DNA of 63,916 nt, counting the filler, from Octopus bimaculoides (Eukaryota), in NCBI RefSeq assembly GCF_001194135.2. It is 7 parts of 7 records of this genome, joined end to end, with 100 filler letters (N's around TTAATTAATTAA, not from the genome) between each part and the next. Parts side by side here need not be neighbours in the genome. Positions count along the whole stretch, not along the records: positions 38,958 to 55,160 come from NW_026342586.1; 6 more parts are not named here. One strand, 5' to 3'. Positions 39,227 to 53,223 of the stretch are shown piece by piece (position 1 is the stretch's first letter; each line of letters begins with the position of its first letter). The notes under the pieces are model-generated. The model did no database searches and was not told the origin of the DNA. It saw only the letters and a program-made list of their open reading frames with translations. The position numbers and the translations under genes are program-made.

Positions 39227-40938
39227 ATATATGTGTGTATATCTGTACATGTGTACAAACACATACACACACACACATGTATGTATTTACATGTGTATAC
39301 ATGTTTTTGTTTATATTTCCCAAGAAGCCATATATGCCATGCAGATAGGTGCATGTCTATATACACATTCAACATCATGTATATATATATATATATATAT
39401 ATGCACCAATGTATACGTAAACATTCATCTGTATACATACTATTGTTTAGATTGAACAACAGACTATATAGCTCCGTGCAGACATATGTATGCAATGTGT
39501 ATACATACCTACTTATGTCTTATTTGTAGACTGACAGATTCATAGATCAGTAGGTATACGTACGCATCATTATATATATATANNNNNNNNNNNNNNNNNN
39601 NNNNNNNNNNNNNNNNNNNNNNNNNNNNNNNNNNNNNNNNNNNNNNNNNNNNNNNNNNNNNNNNNNNNNNNNNNNNNNNNNNNNNNNNNNNNNNNNNNNN
39701 NNNNNNNNNNNNNNNNNNNNNNNNNNNNNNNNNNNNNNNNNNNNNNNNNNNNNNNNNNNNNNNNNNNNNNNNNNNNNNNNNNNNNNNNNNNNNNNNNNNN
39801 NNNNNNNNNNNNNNNNNNNNNNNNNNNNNNNNNNNNNNNNNNNNNNNNNNNNNNNNNNNNNNNNNNNNNNNNNNNNNNNNNNNNNNNNNNNNNNNNNNNN
39901 NNNNNNNNNNNNNNNNNNNNNNNNNNNNNNNNNNNNNNNNNNNNNNNNNNNNNNNNNNNNNNNNNNNNNNNNNNNNNNNNNNNNNNNNNNNNNNNNNNNN
40001 NNNNNNNNNNNNNNNNNNNNNNNNNNNNNNNNNNNNNNNNNNNNNNNNNNNNNNNNNNNNNNNNNNNNNNNNNNNNNNNNNNNNNNNNNNNNNNNNNNNN
40101 NNNNNNNNNNNNNNNNNNNNNNNNNNNNNNNNNNNNNNNNNNNNNNNNNNNNNNNNNNNNNNNNNNNNNNNNNNNNNNNNNNNNNNNNNNNNNNNNNNNN
40201 NNNNNNNNNNNNNNNNNNNNNNNNNNNNNNNNNNNNNNNNNNNNNNNNNNNNNNNNNNNNNNNNNNNNNNNNNNNNNNNNNNNNNNNNNNNNNNNNNNNN
40301 NNNNNNNNNNNNNNNNNNNNNNNNNNNNNNNNNNNNNNNNNNNNNNNNNNNNNNNNNNNNNNNNNNNNNNNNNNNNNNNNNNNNNNNNNNNNNNNNNNNN
40401 NNNNNNNNNNNNNNNNNNNNNNNNNNNNNNNNNNNNNNNNNNNNNNNNNNNNNNNNNNNNNNNNNNNNNNNNNNNNNNNNNNNNNNNNNNNNNNNNNNNN
40501 NNNNNNNNNNNNNNNNNNNNNNNNNNNNNNNNNNNNNNNNNNNNNNNNNNNNNNNNNNNNNATTTGGATGTTGTTTTAGTGAGTTTGATTTTGTGATGTG
40601 ATGTAGTGTGTGCGTGAGTAATTGTATGTATGTATGTATGTGTGTGTGTGTGTGTGAACGAGTGCTTCTGTGCGTGTGTGTGTGTGTGTGTATGTGTGTG
40701 TGCAAGTAGCAATGGTAGGAGCGTGTGTGTATGAATGTCTGTGTGGAGTAAAGTCGACAAGTATGTATGTGTGTTTGGGTGTGTATATAGATATGTATAC
40801 GTGTATATGTGTGTGTCTCTGTGTGGAGTAAATATGGTGTGTGTGTGTGTGTGTGTGTGTGTGAGTGTGCAGAACGTTACATACGTTTGTGTATGTGTTT
40901 GCATGGAATACCACCATACCTTAGTACACAGAAGCGCT

Positions 40939-41003
<65 letters not shown>

Positions 41004-41561
41004 TATATATATATATATATATATAGTGGGGTTTATGCATACATATATATATATATATATATGAACACATGTATACATACACATATATGCATACATACAC
41101 ACTCACACACACACATATATGAACACACGTCTGCATACATACATACATACATACATACATCCATACATACGTACGTACAGACAGATAGACAGACAGACAT
41201 GAAGATATACATAAATACACACACACACGTAAAACGGATGCTAACATCTATGCGTACGAAGTCACACGTACGTATATGGACACATATATGCATATATTCA
41301 TACATAGATACATGCATACATAAATAAATAAACGCATGTTATAGAAACACACACACACACACACACACACAGCGCGCGTGTGTCTGTATGTATTTTGCAC
41401 ATCATACACAAAACGAAAAAGGTAGAGGCAAAAAAATTGCCTGAAGCAGACGACAAATAATCTTGAAGATAAATGACTGGTGACGTCATAAAATAAGATG
41501 AGGAGACATTCAACAGGAGAACTAACAGACAGGAAATGTAGCAATTTAGAAATGGAATAAT

Positions 41562-41594
<33 letters not shown>

Positions 41595-41841
41595 TATTAT
41601 TATTATTATTATTATAATGACGATGATGATGATGATAATATCGACAACGTTCTGATGAAATTTAAGATTATTTTTATATGCATATTTACTCATGTATGTG
41701 TACATATTCACACATGTATGTGTGTATATAATACTTACACACGAGTGTATGCACGTATATATATGTGTGTGTTTTCATACAGATATTCATTAGATACCCA
41801 CTTGCATATGTACGTGACTAGGTGTATTGTATGCGCGTATG

Positions 41842-41918
<77 letters not shown>

Positions 41919-42040
41919 GTGTATATGCATATGTTTAAATAGACATAACTAAATGTTAATACATAATGTATAATGTTTTTCTCAGAATTTCCATCAAGCA
42001 TATTATATTCCACAAACGTCTGATCCTTAAACCAATCTTC

Positions 42041-42043
<3 letters not shown>

Positions 42044-42089
<46 letters not shown>

Positions 42090-42097
42090 TAATAATG

Positions 42098-42134
<37 letters not shown>

Positions 42135-42702
42135 TAATAATANNNNNNNNNNNNNNNNNNNNNNNNNNNNNNNNNNNNNNNNNNNNNNNNNNNNNNNNNN
42201 NNNNNNNNNNNNNNNNNNNNNNNNNNNNNNNNNNNNNNNNNNNNNNNNNNNNNNNNNNNNNNNNNNNNNNNNNNNNNNNNNNNNNNNNNNNNNNNNNNNN
42301 NNNNNNNNNNNNNNNNNNNNNNNNNNNNNNNNNNNNNNNNNNNNNNNNNNNNNNNNNNNNNNNNNNNNNNNNNNNNNNNNNNNNNNNNNNNNNNNNNNNN
42401 NNNNNNNNNNNNNNNNNNNNNNNNNNNNNNNNNNNNNNNNNNNNNNNNNNNNNNNNNNNNNNNNNNNNNNNNNNNNNNNNNNNNNNNNNNNNNNNNNNNN
42501 NNNNNNNNNNNNNNNNNNNNNNNNNNNNNNNNNNNNNNNNNNNNNNNNNNNNNNNNNNNNNNNNNNNNNNNNNNNNNNNNNNNNNNNNNNNNNNNNNNNN
42601 NNNNNNNNNNNNNNNNNNNNNNNNNNNNNNATAATTACAATAATAATAATAATAATAATTACAATAATAATAATGATGATAATTACAATAATAATAATAA
42701 TG

Positions 42703-42736
<34 letters not shown>

Positions 42737-42825
42737 TAATAATAATAATAATAATAATTACAATAATAATAATAATAATAATTACAATAATAATAATGAT
42801 GATAATTACAATAATAATAATAATG

Positions 42826-42856
<31 letters not shown>

Positions 42857-43040
42857 TAATAATGATAATAATAATAATAATAACAATAATAATAATAATA
42901 ATAATAATGATAATAATAATGATAATAATAATGATAATAATAATGATAATAATGATAATAATAATAATAATAATAATAAGAACAATAACAATAATAATAA
43001 TAATAATAATAATGATAATAATAATAATAATGATAATATT
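42044..43040. repeat. Long (AAT)n/(GAT)n microsatellite spanning an N-gap
   Basis: Read directly on both sides of the gap. Confidence 0.95.
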
Positions 43041-43949
43041 AAGAAGGTGGAAGGTGACTACGAAGCATTGATGATGATGGTAATAATAATGCTGATGGCG
43101 GCGGCGGCGGCGGCGGCGGCGGTGGTGGTGGTGGTGGTGGTGGTTGAGGTGGTAATTATGGTGTTGTTGATGATGGTGGTGATGACAATGACACTGACGG
43201 TGATGACACCACCACGACGATGGTTTCAGCTAATGCATTGCTGCAAAAGTGTTCCAAGTTTCTCCGGAGATAATTAGCCATCCGCACTACTACCCCCTCA
43301 CCCCCAATCCCTTCCTCCCGTTCCTTTTACTCTCCCCCCACCACCACGTCCCTCCCATCGTCGCACTAATCGTGTCCCACAGGCACCTCCATTATCNNNN
43401 NNNNNNNNNNNNNNNNNNNNNNNNNNNNNNNNNNNNNNNNNNNNNNNNNNNNNNNNNNNNNNNNNNNNNNNNNNNNNNNNNNNNNNNNNNNNNNNNNNNN
43501 NNNNNNNNNNNNNNNNNNNNNNNNNNNNNNNNNNNNNNNNNNNNNNNNNNNNNNNNNNNNNNNNNNNNNNNNNNNNNNNNNNNNNNNNNNNNNNNNNNNN
43601 NNNNNNNNNNNNNNNNNNNNNNNNNNNNNNNNNNNNNNNNNNNNNNNNNNNNNNNNNNNNNNNNNNNNNNNNNNNNNNNNNNNNNNNNNNNNNNNNNNNN
43701 NNNNNNNNNNNNNNNNNNNNNNNNNNNNNNNNNNNNNNNNNNNNNNNNNNNNNNNNNNNNNNNNNNNNNNNNNNNNNNNNNNNNNNNNNNNNNNNNNNNN
43801 NNNNNNNNNNNNNNNNNNNNNNNNNNNNNNNNNNNNNNNNNNNNNNNNNNNNNNNNNNNNNNNNNNNNNNNNNNNNNNNNNNNNNNNNNNNNNNNNNNNN
43901 NNNNNNNNNNNNNNNNGTGTATGTGTAAGATATACATACATACATACAT

Positions 43950-44017
<68 letters not shown>

Positions 44018-44266
44018 ATACATCTATATTTATGCACCCTACACTCACGCAAAATACACCCTCACTTCTACGTATAAACACATCTTTGTCTATACGCAAC
44101 TGTGTGTGCGGTCTATAAATTTAATTTCTCATTAATGTATCTCTTCTGTCTGCCTGCCTGCCTTCCTGTCTGTCTGTGTGTCTCTAACAGATTTCACTTG
44201 ATTTCCTGATGGATCCAGACAATAACCACAAGTTGATCGTCTTCTTCATAACACACCAAACTGAAC

Positions 44267-44298
<32 letters not shown>

Positions 44299-44384
44299 CA
44301 CTCACATATATACACTCATATATATATATATATATATATACATGTATATATATACATATACACTCATATACATATACAATCATA

Positions 44385-44540
44385 TTGGTGTGTTTACATC
44401 CCTGTCACCTGGCAGTTCGGCAAAAGTGACCGATAGAATAAGTAGTAGGCTTACAAAGATTAAGTCCTGGGGTCGATTCGTTCGACGAAAGGTGGTGCTG
44501 CAGCATGGCCGCAGTCAAACGACTGAAGCAAATAAAAGAA
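44385..44540 (+). mobile_element. SINE family A, 3' half (a second 3'-end fragment lies at 44635-44690)
   Basis: tggtgtgtttacatccctgtcacctggcagttcggcaaaagtgaccgatagaataagtagtaggcttacaaag...ctggggtcgattcgttcgac...cagcatggccgcagtcaaacgactgaagcaaataaaaga. Confidence 0.85.
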
Positions 44541-44598
44541 GGAAAGAAGATATATACATATATATATACACATACATGCATATATATATATATATATA

Positions 44599-44630
<32 letters not shown>

Positions 44631-45044
44631 CACACGGTGGTGCACCAGCATGACCGCAGCCACTTGGCTGAAACACATAAATAAATAAATATATATATAT
44701 ATATATCTGTTATCTATCAATCTCAATCAATTTCTTTCACTTTCGCTTTCCACTACACACTCTCACTCCTTCTTTCTCTCTCTCTCTCTGGGAATCTCTC
44801 TCTTTATCTCTTTCTCTCTCTCCTCTCTCTTCTCCCTATCTATCTATCTCTGAACCAAACTCTCTCTCTCTCTCTCTCCCCCTCATCTTTCTTCTTTCTT
44901 ATCGGTCTCTTCCCAATCTCTCCACCTTTGCATTTTTAGCACCTGCTCTTCTTCGCTTTCCATCTCACCCACCTTCCTCTTTCTCTCTCCAACCTTTCCC
45001 CTTTCCTCCCTCTATCACCCTCTCTCTTTCTATCAATCTCCCTG

Positions 45045-45084
<40 letters not shown>

Positions 45085-45364
45085 CCCTCTCTCTCTCTCC
45101 CCTTTTCTATCAATCTCTCTACCTTTCTATTATTCATATAACACCTGCCGTCTTTTACCCCGTCCCCCTCTCTGATGACGACAACAACAACAACAGAGAC
45201 TTCTATAACTTGAACCCACACCCACCCATCCACAGCCCTCACCCTACGATTCTGCTACCTCCNNNNNNNNNNNNNNNNNNNNNNNNNNNNNNNNNNNNNN
45301 NNNNNNNNNNNNNNNNNNNNNNNNNNNNNNNNNNNNNNNNNNNNNNNNNNNNNNNNNNNNNNNN

Positions 45365-45424
<60 letters not shown>

Positions 45425-46212
45425 TGTGTGCCTGTGTATACGCGTATGAGTTTCTACGTGTGTCTGTGTGTGCATTTCTGTGTGTGTGTGTACGCGTGTA
45501 TGAGTGTCTGTGTGAGTGTGTGTGTGTGTGTATGTATGTGCGTGTAGGCATGTATGAGTTTCTCTGTGTGTGTGTTTCAGTTTCCATGTGTGTGTGTGTG
45601 TGTGTGCGTGTGTGTGTACGCGTGTATGGGTGTACGCGTGTATGAGTTTCCATGTGTGTTTGTGTGTACGCGTGTATGAGTGTGTGTGTATACGAGTTTC
45701 TGTGTGTGTGTGTGCGTGTACGAATGTATGTGTGTGTGTGCATGTGTGTGTGTGTGTGTGTGATGGTAGTTTTATGTCTACATGTGAGCCATCTGTTTGC
45801 TACCCTACCACCACTACCACCACTCCTACTACCACTCTTACTACCACTACGACAGCGCCTCCCCCCCTCTTCAACAAGGAAGAATATCCTTTGCATTGAG
45901 TGAATGGTTCCGTCGGCAGGTGCATTTCATATTGTGCAGCAACATGTTGAATAGGGACAGCTGGTGGTAGTAGCGGTAGTGGTTGTGGTGGTGGTAGTAT
46001 TAGCAGTAGTGGTTGTGGTGGCGGAGGTGATGGTGGAGTAGAGGTAGTAGTAGTAGTAGTAGTTGTAATGGTGGTGGTGGTGTTGGTGGTAGTAGTAGCA
46101 GTGGTAGTAGTGGTGGTGGTAGGAGTAGTAGCAGCAGTGGTTGTGTGTGTGTACATGTAGACGAAGGTATGCACATACATGTACATATATATGCATATAC
46201 TCATATATTGTT

Positions 46213-46242
<30 letters not shown>

Positions 46243-46249
<7 letters not shown>

Positions 46250-46364
46250 GGTGCATAATCATTGCGGCTTTTTTCCAACAAATTTTATTCAATAAAAACA
46301 ATAACATGCAACGGAAACATCTTTAAACGATTATTCCGGAGCATATTCACCATCTACTTCAATT
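46243..46364 (-). mobile_element. Mariner (DD34D-like) 3' end with TIR, truncated by the gap
   Basis: TA|TTGGATTGGTGCATAATCATTGCGGCTTTTTT resembles mariner TIRs. The minus strand ends ...IEVDGEYAPE*, like the mariner transposase C-terminus. Confidence 0.6.
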
Positions 46365-47030
46365 NNNNNNNNNNNNNNNNNNNNNNNNNNNNNNNNNNNN
46401 NNNNNNNNNNNNNNNNNNNNNNNNNNNNNNNNNNNNNNNNNNNNNNNNNNNNNNNNNNNNNNNNNNNNNNNNNNNNNNNNNNNNNNNNNNNNNNNNNNNN
46501 NNNNNNNNNNNNNNNNNNNNNNNNNNNNNNNNNNNNNNNNNNNNNNNNNNNNNNNNNNNNNNNNNNNNNNNNNNNNNNNNNNNNNNNNNNNNNNNNNNNN
46601 NNNNNNNNNNNNNNNNNNNNNNNNNNNNNNNNNNNNNNNNNNNNNNNNNNNNNNNNNNNNNNNNNNNNNNNNNNNNNNNNNNNNNNNNNNNNNNNNNNNN
46701 NNNNNNNNNNNNNNNNNNNNNNNNNNNNNNNNNNNNNNNNNNNNNNNNNNNNNNNNNNNNNNNNNNNNNNNNNNNNNNNNNNNNNNNNNNNNNNNNNNNN
46801 NNNNNNNNNNNNNNNNNNNNNNNNNNNNNNNNNNNNNNNNNNNNNNNNNNNNNNNNNNNNNNNNNNNNNNNNNNNNNNNNNNNNNNNNNNNNNNNNTATA
46901 TGAAAGTATATATTCATGTGTGTGTGTGTGTGTGTGTGAGTAAATGAATATTAATTACTATACACGCTCTATTGAAAAACATACGAGTGTCTGATCTTTC
47001 TGGACTTTGACAACAATGGGTGTGCGTGTG

Positions 47031-47061
<31 letters not shown>

Positions 47062-47504
47062 CGTGTATGTACATGTGTATGCATATGTACACAGACAAAT
47101 ACATTCACACCGGTCGTGTGTGTGATGTATCTGTAGATAAATATTTGAGAACGGCATACTTATACACCTTAGACAGGAAGAGACCTAACGTGACAGGTTA
47201 CCATTTCCGGTCAACTCTTGTCAGTATTTGACCAATTGTGTACAATAAATACACACCATTGTTGTGTGTGTGTGTGCGCGTAGAGTTGCCTGTCTCACGT
47301 TCATTCTACACACACACACAAACCCGTTATATACATACATACAGACACACAAACAGCGAGAGAAAGAGAGACATACATACACGCATTATGTATAATGGAG
47401 TGTGTGTATGTATGTATGCATGTAATGTAAGTGTATACATAATATATGTCTATCTATATTTATGTATGTATTTGTGTCTATTTATGTCTGCATGTATGTA
47501 TTGA

Positions 47505-47571
<67 letters not shown>

Positions 47572-47892
47572 NNNNNNNNNNNNNNNNNNNNNNNNNNNNN
47601 NNNNNNNNNNNNNNNNNNNNNNNNNNNNNNNNNNNNNNNNNNNNNNNNNNNNNNNNNNNNNNNNNNNNNNNNNNNNNNNNNNNNNNNNNNNNNNNNNNNN
47701 NNNNNNNNNNNNNNNNNNNNNNNNNNNNNNNNNNNNNNNNNNNNNNNNNNNNNNNNNNNNNNNNNNNNNNNNNNNNNNNNNNNNNNNNNNNNAAGCAAAT
47801 TTAAAATGAAAAAAGCAAATAAAACGAAGGTATGGGGATTAAATACGCTTTACATCGCTTAATCAGCCAAAGGAGTAAATGTAAACAACTGA

Positions 47893-48070
47893 ATACTTGT
47901 CAGTGATTGGTTGAAATTATCGAAATAAGACAATTTTTTACATGAAATAAATTCGAATACAAAAATATTTTTCTGTCCTATAACACAAAATAGATAAGTA
48001 TACGAAGTTTGAAAGTCTTTCGGTACCAAAAACACTACGTAAAACATTAATGAAAAATGTGGCCCCCGTT
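47893..48070 (+). mobile_element. Unclassified interspersed repeat, 3 copies (also 50682-50775 minus and 60360-60500 plus)
   Basis: Shared core gtca(g/c)tgattggttgaaatta(t/c)cgaaata(a/c)gacaa(t/c)ttt...gaaataa(a/c)ttcgaa. Confidence 0.8.
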
Positions 48071-49849
48071 TTAAAATAGATCCTATATATATATATAAAA
48101 CAAATAATAAATGAGTATATGCATATATATACGTACAAGTAAGTGCATACTTACATCTACCTGTGTATATAGGTGCATATCTGGGTACAGAACGTGTGTT
48201 GGTGAGAATATTATATGTACGTATTAGTATGTGTGTGTGTGTACATATTTCGTTAAGAGAGTTGTAGTGAAACTACCTCCCGCCATTAGATACAAACTAC
48301 TATCGCCATTACATACAGCGTCAACACGAATTACTATGTACACCACACCAAACTCCGCGGCACATCTCTCTCTTCGATTCTGTTAGGTGACTTAGCTTCA
48401 CCACAGTAAACAAACAGACAAGAGAACCACAGCCAGCGACGAACATCTGTATAACAAGAATCACGGCTAGGCATCGATGCCTCGATATCACAACTAGTGA
48501 TCAGCTCTGCCAAACTCAGCCTCTCCTCACTTTCACATACAGAACTTTTCCTATAGTGTACTAACGAACTGGTATAATTGCTCACGTGTCATTTACTGAC
48601 TCTTTCTATCTGCTGTAATAACTCACACATGTATCACTCACATACACACTTTTCTTTGTATGACGGCCTGTCTTTGATTATGTTCTTATATGTCGCATTC
48701 ACACTCTCACACAGACATACATCTTTAACGCTACAATAAATATATCTGTTATTCATCTAATACGGTTGTGGTCTTTCATTACTGGTCATCTATGTTATCG
48801 ACGCATAACATATCATCTATATACATCATTTGATATATATTTGTATGTTCGACCGTGTGACTCGTTTAAATAAAGGGAGTCCTCTGTTCTTCCATTCGTC
48901 ACCATATCCCCTTTTATGAGTTCGCACGGTCGACCCTTACAGAGTGACTATAATAAATATTTATATGTGCGTATGTATATAAACACTAACATACATACAT
49001 CATATAACAAGCATATCCGTAACACGTACACAATCATATATACTCGCACATGTATATACACATACTTTCGTATGTGTATGTGCGTCTATATATATGTGTG
49101 TGTGTGTGTTTCTATTTATACTCAGAAGCCTATACACACCCGAGTAATTTATACATCAACTGCTAAACAGGCTTCAAGCAACAGACAGCTCCGTGACCTA
49201 TCGGTGACCGGATGTAGCTAGATTTGACAGGAAGTTGACAGTAAGACAGCCGAACACCATAACGGTATGTGTATCCATTTCACAATGGCGACACCATTTC
49301 TGTTTAGATGCGGGATTTAGATTAAAATAATTTAGAATATAAGACAAGGGTCGTGTTTTCACTGAGATCTCTGTTGAAGTCTCTGCTGTAGTCGTTTAGC
49401 CCTCGGTCGTCTCTGTTCGAGCCTGATTAGGCTTGTAAAATGGGTAACGGTGATATGTAGTTCTAACGTTGATTCCATGTCGATTGATTCCCGATTTCAA
49501 TCGTTCGAAAAACTCCTGTTCAAACGTCACCGAGATTAGCAATTGTTAGAATATAGTACTGGATTAAGCGTTAAGCAAAATAAGGAAGTGCTTAGGGCAT
49601 CAAAGGAAGGAGAATCAGCACCAGGGGAAATGGTAAATGATTTACGGCACAAAAAGAAATCATTTCAAACTGACTAAAATGATATTTAAAGTCGGTTTAT
49701 ATGATTGGAAATATAATTTTGAAGACTTTGCAATTCAGAAATGTGAGAAAACATATAAAGTGAACGTATACAAAATAAATCTACTGTAACCTCGAACCAC
49801 CATATTACAATAGCGCATGTGCGATCTGACACACACACACACACACATA

Positions 49850-50036
49850 CATGTGATTGGGAAGCAAGCTTCTTACCATGGGCTTCCTTCAGTTTCTGTC
49901 TACCAAATCCACTCACAAGGCTTTGGTCGGCTCGAAGCTATAGTACAAGACACTTGCCCAAGGTTCCACGCAGTGGGACTGAACCCCGAACCATGTGGTT
50001 GGGAAGCAAACTTCTTACCACACAGCCACGCCTGCA
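49850..50036 (-). mobile_element. SINE family A, 5' half (with a partial internal duplication at 49850-49878)
   Basis: On the minus strand: gcaggcgtggctgtgtggtaagaagtttgcttcccaaccacatggttcggggttcagtcccactgcgtgg...ggtagacagaaactgaaggaagccc. Confidence 0.9.
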
Positions 50037-50914
50037 TCTAATAAAAAAAAAAAGAAAGCTTCATTAAATTTTCCCTATTGTTTTTAAATAACGTTTCATT
50101 CTCTGTTTGAATAAAGGAAGTGGAAATTGTAATGGGCTCGAAAAAATTCTTANNNNNNNNNNNNNNNNNNNNNNNNNNNNNNNNNNNNNNNNNNNNNNNN
50201 NNNNNNNNNNNNNNNNNNNNNNNNNNNNNNNNNNNNNNNNNNNNNNNNNNNNNNNNNNNNNNNNNNNNNNNNNNNNNNNNNNNNNNNNNNNNNNNNNNNN
50301 NNNNNNNNNNNNNNNNNNNNNNNNNNNNNNNNNNNNNNNNNNNNNNNNNNNNNNNNNNNNNNNNNNNNNNNNNNNNNNNNNNNNNNNNNNNNNNNNNNNN
50401 NNNNNNNNNNNNNNNNNNNNNNNNNNNNNNNNNNNNNNNNNNNNNNNNNNNNNNNNNNNNNNNNNNNNNNNNNNNNNNNNNNNNNNNNNNNNNNNNNNNN
50501 NNNNNNNNNNNNNNNNNNNNNNNNNNNNNNNNNNNNNNNNNNNNNNNNNNNNNNNNNNNNNNNNNNNNNNNNNNNNNNNNNNNNNNNNNNNNNNNNNNNN
50601 NNNNNNNNNNNNNNNNNNNNNNNNNNNNNNNNNNNNNNNNNNNNNNNNNNNNNNNNNNNNNNNNNNNNNNNNNNNNNNNNNTTTGTGGTATAGAACAGAT
50701 AAAACATTTTGTATTCGAAGTTATTTCATGTACAAAAATTGTCGTATTTCGGTAATTTCAACCAATCACTGACGTCTATTGAAGTGAGGTGCCTGTCAAT
50801 TCAGAAAGATCCTATGATGGGCTCTCCTGTCGCGGAGCTTTTTCCGAACGACCTGCACGAATGATTCGTTTATAGCAATCAAATGTTCGTGTCGCACATT
50901 AACTCACACTGTCC

Positions 50915-51090
50915 ATCAGGTCAACATTACCTGTACAGGTGCAACTGGGTGCCACATGTCAGATGACGAAATGATCGCAGAGCAACGTGAAATGAAGTGC
51001 TTTGCTCAAGAACACAACGCAACGCCCGATCTGGCAATCGAACCCCACGATCTCGTAATCGCGAGTAACACCCTAACTCCTCAGACATGT
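50915..51090 (-). mobile_element. CORE-type SINE (family D-like) fragment
   Basis: On the minus strand: gatcgtggggttcgattgccagatcgggcgttgcgttgtgttcttgagcaaagcacttcatttcacgttgctc. Confidence 0.65.
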
Positions 51091-51305
51091 ATACACTCAC
51101 ATATACACCCACACACAGTCAAAAGACGAAATCGAGAGAATCTCAATATAGAAAACACTGTGTAGTGCTCAAATGGTTTGAACTCCCCCCTCCGATATCT
51201 AAAAAATATCAACGGTATGCTTCCGGGTTCAATCCCACTGCGTGGCACCTTGGACATGATATTGGTAATGTGTACATGTTTAACACATACGTAAATATAC
51301 AACCG

Positions 51306-51367
<62 letters not shown>

Positions 51368-51610
51368 TTTTTTCGAAGCTTTGCTTCCTGTAAGTGCATA
51401 CATACGGATGTACAGACGCGCGAACATGCGTTCGTATGCATCTATGTAGATGTTCATGTCTATATTTGTATATATGCATCAATCACTCATTACACACACA
51501 CACACAAACACGTATATATTTATATATACATACATGCAGAGTAATTGAAAATGATATCGGAATGGAGGAAGAGATCCATTTCTATACGTGTAAATGCCAC
51601 ATCTGTACGT

Positions 51611-51643
<33 letters not shown>

Positions 51644-52201
51644 CATATACACACATATATATATATATATGTACACACGTGTGTGTGTGTGTCTATAAAC
51701 CTATCACATATCTCAGCAGGCTGTTTCTCACGTCTCGGGTCGCTGGACAAACGGAAGTGGGGGCGAGGCGGCAGGAGCAAGAAGAAGAACAGGCGAAGCA
51801 GAAGGAAAATGATGATTCGACAGTGGGTACGGGGAACAAATATCTGATACATAACAGACATTTTGTAATGGACGTACTTCCGGTGTTAGCGAAATGCTGG
51901 CAACGAACGATGACTGCGATGAATACGTACGATGCTTTAGATCGGCTTTCAACACAATAAGATAATTTTACACCCAGCTAAGAATGATTAATACAGTCGC
52001 CACCGTTCGTGTTTCGTTCTGGAATTCTCACAGACGAAAATTCATTGAAAAATGTTCGGGTAGAACTTCTTTAGTAGCATGTCTGCAATCGAGAAAAGGA
52101 TAGGTCGAAATAAGATGCCGGTGATTTTTTGTTCTCAACAGAATATTTCATACTTGTATTCTTTGCACCCGTTTGGCATTTTATTTTTCTTTACTTGTGT
52201 T

Positions 52202-52233
<32 letters not shown>

Positions 52234-52437
52234 TGTGTAGGTGGTGGTTTGACTTGTTAGGAACGGTAGACCAAACTCTTGTGAGTGAATTTGGAACGCG
52301 GCAACTAAACCTAAAAGCAGCACGTCTTATATTTATGCATACGTGTGTGTGTTCCACCACCGCATGACAATCGTTGTTGATCTGGTTATGATAACGATTG
52401 AATAAATACCAGGCTTTAAAAGATATTTTAATAAGTA

Positions 52438-52519
52438 CTGGGGTCAAACTGTTCGACCAACGATTCTTCAAGTTGGTTCACCAAGATGGTTGCAATCCAA
52501 AGACTGAAACAAGTAAGAG
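52438..52519 (+). mobile_element. SINE family A, 3' end abutting the U2 copy
   Basis: ctggggtcaaactgttcgacc...caagatggttgcaatccaaagactgaaacaagtaagag. Confidence 0.7.
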
Positions 52520-52709
52520 ATCGCTTCTCGGTCTTTTGGCTAAGATCAAAGTGTAGTATCTATCTTTATCGGCTTAATATCTGATTCGGTTCCTATTTGG
52601 AGCCATCGATATTAAACTGATTTTTAGAAAGAGGCGAAGAGTTAGGGGCTTGCTCCACGTTTGCCACAGGTTGGCCTGGCATTGCAGGACTTACAAGATT
52701 CAGCCCACT
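52520..52709 (+). ncRNA. U2: U2 spliceosomal snRNA, full length; probably a pseudogene or divergent variant
   Basis: ATCGCTTCTCGGTCTTTTGGCTAAGATCAAAGTGTAGTATC..., with branch-point recognition GTAGTA at 52553-52558, stems IIa/IIb, a Sm-like site ATTTTTAG at 52620-52627, and 3' half AGGGGCTTGCTCCAC...TTGGCCTGGCATTGCAGGAC...CAGCCCAC, collinear with invertebrate U2. The Sm site and stem IV deviate, and the flanks are SINE DNA. Confidence 0.93.
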
Positions 52710-52713
52710 TTAA

Positions 52714-52865
52714 TAGGCGCAAGCGTGGCTCTGTGGTAAGACGCTTGCTTCCCAACCACATGATTCCGGGTTCAGTCCTTCTGCGTGGAATCTTGAGCAA
52801 CGGTCTTCTACTATAGCCTCAGGCCAACCAGAGCCTTGTGAGAGGATTTTGGTAGACGGAAACTT
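52714..52865 (+). mobile_element. SINE family A, 5' half directly downstream of U2
   Basis: taggcgcaagcgtggctctgtggtaagacgcttgcttcccaaccacatgattccgggttcagtcc...ggtagacggaaact. Followed by a family B head (52870-52893) and a family D tail (52895-52950). Confidence 0.9.
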
Positions 52866-52964
52866 AAAAAATAGGCGGCGAGCTGGCAGAAACTTTCCAG
52901 ATCAACTGGAACCCTCGACGTCGTAAGCGACGGAGTGCCAACAACAACAATCTATCTCTTCTCT

Positions 52965-53024
<60 letters not shown>

Positions 53025-53223
53025 GTATCTATCTATCTATCTATCTATCTGTCTATCTATCTAACTATCTATCTATCTATATATTTGTGTCTCTATATAC
53101 TCATAGGGTGTTTATGTATGCCTATATGCATTTATGAATAATTTGTACGGGAGTAATGTAGTCTATGTGTGTGTGTATGTTAGTATAAACGTGTATATGT
53201 AAATGTATCTACGCACACGCATA

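Noticed and set aside
51700-51960. GC-richer segment with CGGAAGT/ACTTCCGG (ETS-like) motifs and a charged short ORF
   Set aside because: No start or splice context or homology I can support; short motifs are expected by chance.
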